From: Candidatus Hydrogenedens sp.
GTDB taxonomy: Bacteria > Hydrogenedentota > Hydrogenedentia > Hydrogenedentales > Hydrogenedentaceae
NCBI GenBank assembly: GCA_049968235.1
Contig: JBMFRC010000001.1
Coordinates: 256,001-320,000, forward strand
Length of the DNA stretch: 64,000 nt
Reading direction: 5' to 3'
Program-made: the position numbers and the translations under genes
The notes under the pieces: model-generated
Database searches by the model: none
The model's input: only the letters and a program-made list of their open reading frames with translations
What the model was told of the DNA's origin: nothing
Part shown: piece after piece, positions 58,617-64,000 of the stretch
Position numbering within the stretch: the first letter of the stretch is position 1
How the letters are laid out: each line of letters opens with the position of its first letter

Positions 58617-60503
58617 TTATTCAAAATTCATGATGTAACTGTAAACTCCTTCATGGAGTTGTGATTCTACTTTCAGACCACTCCGTTCAAATACCGCCTG
58701 CATAGGTTTGTTCTCACGCAGAACTTCGGCTGTAAACCCTGCAATACCATTACGACGGGCTATATTTATCAAATGACGGAAAAGGAAAGAACCAATTCCC
58801 CGGTTTTGCCATTCATCCTGAACAACGAACGCTACCTCTGCACGGTTCGTTTTCGGATTTAAGTAATAACCACCCATTGCAACAATTTCTTCTCCATCTG
58901 GATCGGGAACTGTGGCTACAATGGATACTTCATTACGATGGTCAATATACACAAATTCCTGAACCTGTTTGCGAGGGACCCATTTCATACGGCTCATAAA
59001 ACGTTTATATAGGGATTCCTGCGATAGAGAATAAAACAGTTCACGTATACGCGGTTCATCGGTTGGGTGTATAGCACGAATTGTTACGGAAGTTCCATCA
59101 TCACAAATATAAGTAGTGCGGATGTCCCTCGGACCTATTACAATCTTATTCTTAAAGTCTGTAAGTTCAGGACGAATATATTTTGATTCGATTGCTTCCA
59201 TTAATAACTTTTCGCGGAATTTTGGATGTGCAATACTAATAAGAGCCAGAGCGCGTTCCTGAACATTTTTCCCATGTAAATAGGCAACACCATATTCGGT
59301 GACAACATAATGGACATCGCCTCGGGTCGTTACAACTCCGGCACCTTCACTCAAATGACAAACAATTCGCGATACCTCTCCATTATGTGCAGTAGATGGT
59401 AAAGCAATTATGGTTTTTCCTCCATTAGAGCGAGCCGCTCCACGATTAAAATCAACCTGCCCACCAATACCGGAGTAGAATTTAGATCCCATGGAATCGG
59501 CACATACCTGCCCTGTTAAATCTACTTCTAAAGCAACATTAATAGCCACCATCTTGTTTTGTTGCGAGATAACAAACGGGTCGTTTACATATTCTGTCGG
59601 ATAGAAAGAAAATTGGGGATTGTTATGCAAATACTCATAAAGTTTTTTGGTTCCCATAGCAAAACTTGCAACGATTTTACCGCGGTCCAATGTTTTCCGT
59701 TTCCCGGTAATAATCCCTTTTTCTATAGGCTCTATAATCGAATCGGTTAACATCTCGGTGTGTATTCCCAAATCCTTTTTATCTTCTAAGAATTGAATTA
59801 CAGCCTGGGGAATACGGCCTATCCCCAATTCCAGAGTGGCACCGTCCTCTATCAAACCTGCAATGTATTGCCCTATCTCACGGGTAACATCATCCGGCTC
59901 GGCTATGGGAAATTCAATTAGCGGTTCATCCACAGGAACGAGATAATCAATATCATGTACATGGATAAAACAATCGCCCATTGTTCTGGGCATCTGCGGA
60001 TTTACCTCTGCAATAACCAATCGTGAATTTTCCGCTGCACTTTTCACGATATCCACAGAAATTCCTAAACTGCACATACCATCTTCATCCGGAGGAGAGA
60101 CCTGAATAAGTGCTGCATCCAGGGGTAACTGTCCTGTTTTAAATAAACGAGGAATATCGGATAAAAATATGGGGGTATAACCGCCTAACCCTTCCTGAAT
60201 AATATGACGGACATTCTGAGCAATGAAAAAACTATTTACCGTAAAATGATTAATCAAGTCTTTCTGGGCGTAGGGAGCATCCCCTAAAGTTAGCAAGTGC
60301 ACAATTTCTATATCTGCCAGGTCTGCATGCCTTGCTACCAATGCATCTACTAACCGTTGAGGTTGGGCACAACCCGTCCCAATAAAAACGCGGAAACCCG
60401 GTTGAATGCGAATTACCGCTTCCTGAGAGCTTACTACCATATCGGAATATTTTTCTTCCCAATTCGGGTCAAAATTCATTTCTTTTTTGGATATATCACT
60501 CAT
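58617..60503 (-). CDS. Acetyl-CoA hydrolase/transferase-family domain fused to C-terminal GNAT acetyltransferase domain
   Basis: The N-terminal ~430 aa have CoA-transferase family patterns (GGYTPIFLSDIP..., EVDLTGQV, YSGIGGQVDFNRGA..GGKTIIALPST). The C-terminal ~170 aa carry a GNAT motif (EVAFVVQDEWQNRGIGSFLF...). The start overlaps the upstream ACD gene by 8 nt. Confidence 0.6.
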   Translation of the reverse strand: MSDISKKEMNFDPNWEEKYSDMVVSSQEAVIRIQPGFRVFIGTGCAQPQRLVDALVARHADLADIEIVHLLTLGDAPYAQKDLINHFTVNSFFIAQNVRHIIQEGLGGYTPIFLSDIPRLFKTGQLPLDAALIQVSPPDEDGMCSLGISVDIVKSAAENSRLVIAEVNPQMPRTMGDCFIHVHDIDYLVPVDEPLIEFPIAEPDDVTREIGQYIAGLIEDGATLELGIGRIPQAVIQFLEDKKDLGIHTEMLTDSIIEPIEKGIITGKRKTLDRGKIVASFAMGTKKLYEYLHNNPQFSFYPTEYVNDPFVISQQNKMVAINVALEVDLTGQVCADSMGSKFYSGIGGQVDFNRGAARSNGGKTIIALPSTAHNGEVSRIVCHLSEGAGVVTTRGDVHYVVTEYGVAYLHGKNVQERALALISIAHPKFREKLLMEAIESKYIRPELTDFKNKIVIGPRDIRTTYICDDGTSVTIRAIHPTDEPRIRELFYSLSQESLYKRFMSRMKWVPRKQVQEFVYIDHRNEVSIVATVPDPDGEEIVAMGGYYLNPKTNRAEVAFVVQDEWQNRGIGSFLFRHLINIARRNGIAGFTAEVLRENKPMQAVFERSGLKVESQLHEGVYSYIMNFE

Positions 60504-62604
60504 GGCTTGTTTTAAGACCTCCTAATATCATTCGTGCATCCGCCACTGTTGGTGGAGTTCCTACTTCGCCAACAATAAACGGGTTAATATCAATTTCATG
60601 AATACCGGGGAATTCTGTGGCTAATTGACTCATTTTTTGTAGAGCCTGGGCTATCGCATGGACATCCACCGCAGATTGTCCTCGGGTTCCTTTTAATAAT
60701 GCATAAGAACGAGTTCCCACAAGCATCTGTAAGGCTTCTTCCTCTGTTATTGGGGCAAGATAAAAACTAACATCTTTCATCACTTCTACAAAAATACCGC
60801 CCAGTCCAAACATCAACATAGGACCAAATTGTGGGTCGCGATGCATCCCTAAAATTACCTCTCGACCCTGTTTTGCCATCTTTTCCACATAAATACCCTG
60901 AATTTTTGCATTTGGCATTTTACGGATTACGCGGAGCATCATTAAGTCGAAGGCATCGCGCACTTGAGAAGGATTGGATAGGTTTAAACGAACACCTCCG
61001 ATATCAGACTTATGGATAATATCCGGTGAAACGATTTTCATAGCCACTGGATAGCCAATTCGGTCTGCAATGGTTACTGCCTCTTCATCTGTTCGAGCCA
61101 ATGCCCCTGGTGGGACATAAAAATCATACGCCTGCAAAATCTCTTTTGCATCTACTTCGTTGATAAAGGTTCTTCCTTCTCGCATCTGACGACGAATAAT
61201 CCGTTCTATTCTTCTGCGGTTTACCGGAAAACGCATCACAACCCGCGGAGGTCTACGCCTCCATGCGGAATAATCACACATTGCTTTCAATGCATATACT
61301 GCCCGTTCCGGGGACGGGTAATCCGGGAGATTTGCTAACACCAATTCATCCCGCGCCGGCATAACATCCGCTCCACCCATGAATGCTGCCAGAACAGGTT
61401 TATTCCCCCGCAAATTTTTAATAATGGCTCGGGCTGTTTCTGCAGGCTGAGTCATGGCTTGTGGAGTTAATATAACAATTACAGAATCAATTGTATCATC
61501 ATCCAAAGCCGCATTTAGAGCCATAGCATAGCGTTCCGGGTCGGCATCCCCCAATACATCGATTGGATTTGCAACACTCGCCGCAGGAGGCAACTTTTGT
61601 TTCAGTGCAGAGGATATTTCTGTTTGCAATGGTTTGACTTGTAAACCCGAGTTTTCTACAGCATCTGCTGCCATAATACCGGGACCACCTGCATTGGTTA
61701 TCACCGCAACACGATTTCCCTTAGGTAAAGGTTGCATCGCTAACGCAGAAGCGTAGTCAAATAAGGATTCGAAGGTCTCTGCTCGAATAACCCCTGATCT
61801 ACGAAATGCAGCTCCATATGCAATATCTTCCCCTGCAAGACTACCCGTATGCGATGATGCGGCTCGACTACCTGCCTGTGTCGTCCCTACTTTCAAAATA
61901 ACTACCGGTTTTATCGATGCTACTTGTTCCGCTATTTTTATAAATTCTTCTCCACGCACAATATTTTCCAGATAACACGCAATAACTCTTGTTTGTTCAT
62001 CTTCACCCAACATTTGTAACAAATCAATTTCGGATATATCCGCTTTATTCCCAATGCTAATCAACTTAGCCAGACCTACACCACGACCTACAGACCAGTC
62101 CAAAATGGCTGTGCATAAGGCCCCTGATTGCGATATTACAGAGATGGAACCTTTACGAGGCATCTGGGTGGCAAAGGAAGCATTCATATTGTTCTCTGTG
62201 TTAATAATCCCCAAACAGTTCGGACCTAACAATCTCATGTGATGTTCTTTACAATACTGGGCTATTTCCTTCTCCAATAAAGCACCTTCAGGTCCTACCT
62301 CCTTAAAACCCGCAGTAATAACGCAAACGGATTTTGCTCCTGCCTGAAATGATTCTTCCAATGCGGATTTCACCAATTTGTTGGGAACTACAATAATAGC
62401 AAAATCAATGGGAATACCTGCATCTTTAGGCGTCTTGTAACATTTTAAACCTAATACTTCATCTGCGGAAGGATTTACGGGAATTACTTTCCCAGCAAAA
62501 CCGGAGGAAATTAAATTGTTTAATATGGAATATCCTACTTTGCCCGGGGTCCTTGATGCCCCAATTATTGCAATACTTTTAGGTCTTATAAGTGTTTCAA
62601 GCAT
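60496..62604 (-). CDS. ADP-forming acetyl-CoA synthetase (fused alpha/beta NDP-forming acyl-CoA synthetase)
   Basis: N-terminal CoA-binding domain (SIAIIGASRTPGKVG), succinyl-CoA-synthetase-like ligase region with a His-containing loop, and a C-terminal ATP-grasp (GYPVAMKIVSPDIIHKSDIGGV). Confidence 0.7.
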   Translation of the reverse strand: MLETLIRPKSIAIIGASRTPGKVGYSILNNLISSGFAGKVIPVNPSADEVLGLKCYKTPKDAGIPIDFAIIVVPNKLVKSALEESFQAGAKSVCVITAGFKEVGPEGALLEKEIAQYCKEHHMRLLGPNCLGIINTENNMNASFATQMPRKGSISVISQSGALCTAILDWSVGRGVGLAKLISIGNKADISEIDLLQMLGEDEQTRVIACYLENIVRGEEFIKIAEQVASIKPVVILKVGTTQAGSRAASSHTGSLAGEDIAYGAAFRRSGVIRAETFESLFDYASALAMQPLPKGNRVAVITNAGGPGIMAADAVENSGLQVKPLQTEISSALKQKLPPAASVANPIDVLGDADPERYAMALNAALDDDTIDSVIVILTPQAMTQPAETARAIIKNLRGNKPVLAAFMGGADVMPARDELVLANLPDYPSPERAVYALKAMCDYSAWRRRPPRVVMRFPVNRRRIERIIRRQMREGRTFINEVDAKEILQAYDFYVPPGALARTDEEAVTIADRIGYPVAMKIVSPDIIHKSDIGGVRLNLSNPSQVRDAFDLMMLRVIRKMPNAKIQGIYVEKMAKQGREVILGMHRDPQFGPMLMFGLGGIFVEVMKDVSFYLAPITEEEALQMLVGTRSYALLKGTRGQSAVDVHAIAQALQKMSQLATEFPGIHEIDINPFIVGEVGTPPTVADARMILGGLKTSHE

Positions 62605-62872
62605 AAAAAATCCCTAATCTATAAAAATAATTCTTGTTATTTTGTTTGCCTTTCTGGAACAAAATTGACATTCCAATAATTTTAGAAAAATTGGAATTTT
62701 TATAATATTATATTCCTTTTCCAGACCTCATTTCCATATAACATATTGTCTTATAAAAAGTAGAAATCAAACCCATATAAAAAACTCTACATAAACTACC
62801 ACACATAAAAGACGCACAATAATTATAAGGCTTTCACTTGGGTTGAGTAACTACATAATATTCTCAGTTAAA

Positions 62873-64000
62873 TTACCCTTTCTCTCCGCGAATGATAGTA
62901 TACAGTGCGTTTACCGCATTCTTTAATTGAACCGCCTGAGCAGAAAGTTCTTCTGCTGTGGAAGCGGTTTCTTCGGAAGTTGCAGAAATATTTTGTGATA
63001 CTTGATTGATTGAGGATAGAGCCAGATTAATCTGCTCAATACCTTGTGCTTGCTCTATAGTTGTTGTTGAAATTTCAGTGATAAGGGTAACCGTTTTTTG
63101 AACGGATTCTGTAATTGTTTGTATGGCAGAGAAAACTTTTTCAGATACCTCCGCCCCTTTAGCAACATTGACTTGTGATTGCTTTAACAATTCTGCTGTT
63201 TCTTTTGCGGCAAGGGCACTACGTTGTGCCAAATTACGTACTTCCTCTGCAACTACAGCAAAACCTCGCCCGGCTTCACCTGCACGAGCCGCTTCTACTG
63301 CAGCATTAAGTGCCAGTAAATTTGTCTGAAAGGCAACCTCTTCTATCGTTTTGATAATTTTGGCTGTTTCATCAGATGATTTCTTAATCGCGGACATAGC
63401 CTGATTAAGTTCTGTTACTGCTATTGAACTCTGTTCTGTAGCATTCTGAATTTCTAATATTTTGTTTTTGGCTTCTTCTGAATTTGAGGCACTCTCCTGT
63501 ACATGAGAAGAAATTTCTTCCAGTGAAGCAGAAGTCTCTTCTAAGGAAGATACCTGATTACTTACCTGAGAAGCCATATCCTGACTACTGCTGGCTAAAT
63601 GTTCAGAAGCGCTATCTACCTGATTGGCAGATTCGTTCAATAGATTTGATAAATCCATCATATGTGAAGTCAATCGTCTTGCCATAAAGAACCAAAACAA
63701 TAATGATACTACCAGCGTTAGTACAGATAGGGTAATTACTAAAATAATCTGATTTTGGAATGCCCCTCGAATTTTAGATTCCACTTCCTGAAGTTCATCC
63801 ACATAAGCACTGCAACCGATAACCCAATCCCATGGTTCATAATACATAATCATGGCTATTTTTTTACGGGGCGTAATATCGTCTGCTTTTTTCCATGTGT
63901 AATAATGAATTGCTGTTTCTTTTCCTTTTAATGTTAATGCTTTGTTTATAATGTTCTGTATAAAATATTCTCCATTGGCATCTTTTGTTTCCCATTCATT
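62873..64000 (-). CDS. Methyl-accepting chemotaxis protein with Cache-like sensor (5' end beyond window)
   Basis: C-terminal MCP signalling domain (LALNAAVEAARAGEAGRGFAVVAEEVRNLA). The reading frame continues upstream of the annotated Met to the window edge (…YFIQNIINKALTLKGKETAIHYYTWKKADD…YYEPWDWVIG), which looks like a Cache sensor domain. A TM helix follows the Cache region. Confidence 0.7.
   Translation of the reverse strand, partial: NEWETKDANGEYFIQNIINKALTLKGKETAIHYYTWKKADDITPRKKIAMIMYYEPWDWVIGCSAYVDELQEVESKIRGAFQNQIILVITLSVLTLVVSLLFWFFMARRLTSHMMDLSNLLNESANQVDSASEHLASSSQDMASQVSNQVSSLEETSASLEEISSHVQESASNSEEAKNKILEIQNATEQSSIAVTELNQAMSAIKKSSDETAKIIKTIEEVAFQTNLLALNAAVEAARAGEAGRGFAVVAEEVRNLAQRSALAAKETAELLKQSQVNVAKGAEVSEKVFSAIQTITESVQKTVTLITEISTTTIEQAQGIEQINLALSSINQVSQNISATSEETASTAEELSAQAVQLKNAVNALYTIIRGEKG

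Overview
This 64-kb window is low-GC (roughly 40%), gene-dense bacterial chromosome with no rRNA, CRISPR array, transposase or integrase visible. Several features point to a PVC-superphylum-like or related candidate-phylum anaerobe, but this is inference only: a DUF1559/H-X9-DG pilin-like protein, a 1822-aa surface protein with Pmp-like GGA[ILV]/FxxN beta-helix repeats, and nrdD/nrdG. Housekeeping genes are recognisable from their translations: secA, asd, trxA, glgX, rpsF-ssb-rpsR-DUF2232-rplI-dnaB, dapA, rel, cysC, glyA and tRNA-Arg(CCG). The most unusual content is as follows. (1) A five-gene minus-strand cluster at 25.7-30.4 kb encodes only cohesin-like and dockerin-like modules, with membrane-anchored cohesin proteins, a cohesin+dockerin-like adaptor and dockerin proteins. 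A dockerin-tagged M14 carboxypeptidase lies 14 kb away. No glycoside-hydrolase catalytic domains are present, so this looks like a non-cellulosomal cohesin-dockerin surface assembly system. (2) A Hel308/Ski2-like helicase has a degenerate Walker B motif (DDID instead of DEIH) and SAC instead of SAT. It is fused to an OmpR/PhoB-type winged-helix DNA-binding domain and is preceded by a near-consensus promoter whose 17-nt spacer is an 18-bp perfect palindrome. (3) An acetyl-CoA hydrolase/transferase is fused to a GNAT domain and translationally coupled to an ADP-forming acetyl-CoA synthetase. (4) A c-di-GMP module (FHA-GAF-HD-GYP and PilZ) flanks a glycan-biosynthesis cluster. That cluster contains a bi-domain oxidoreductase broken by two homopolymer frameshifts.
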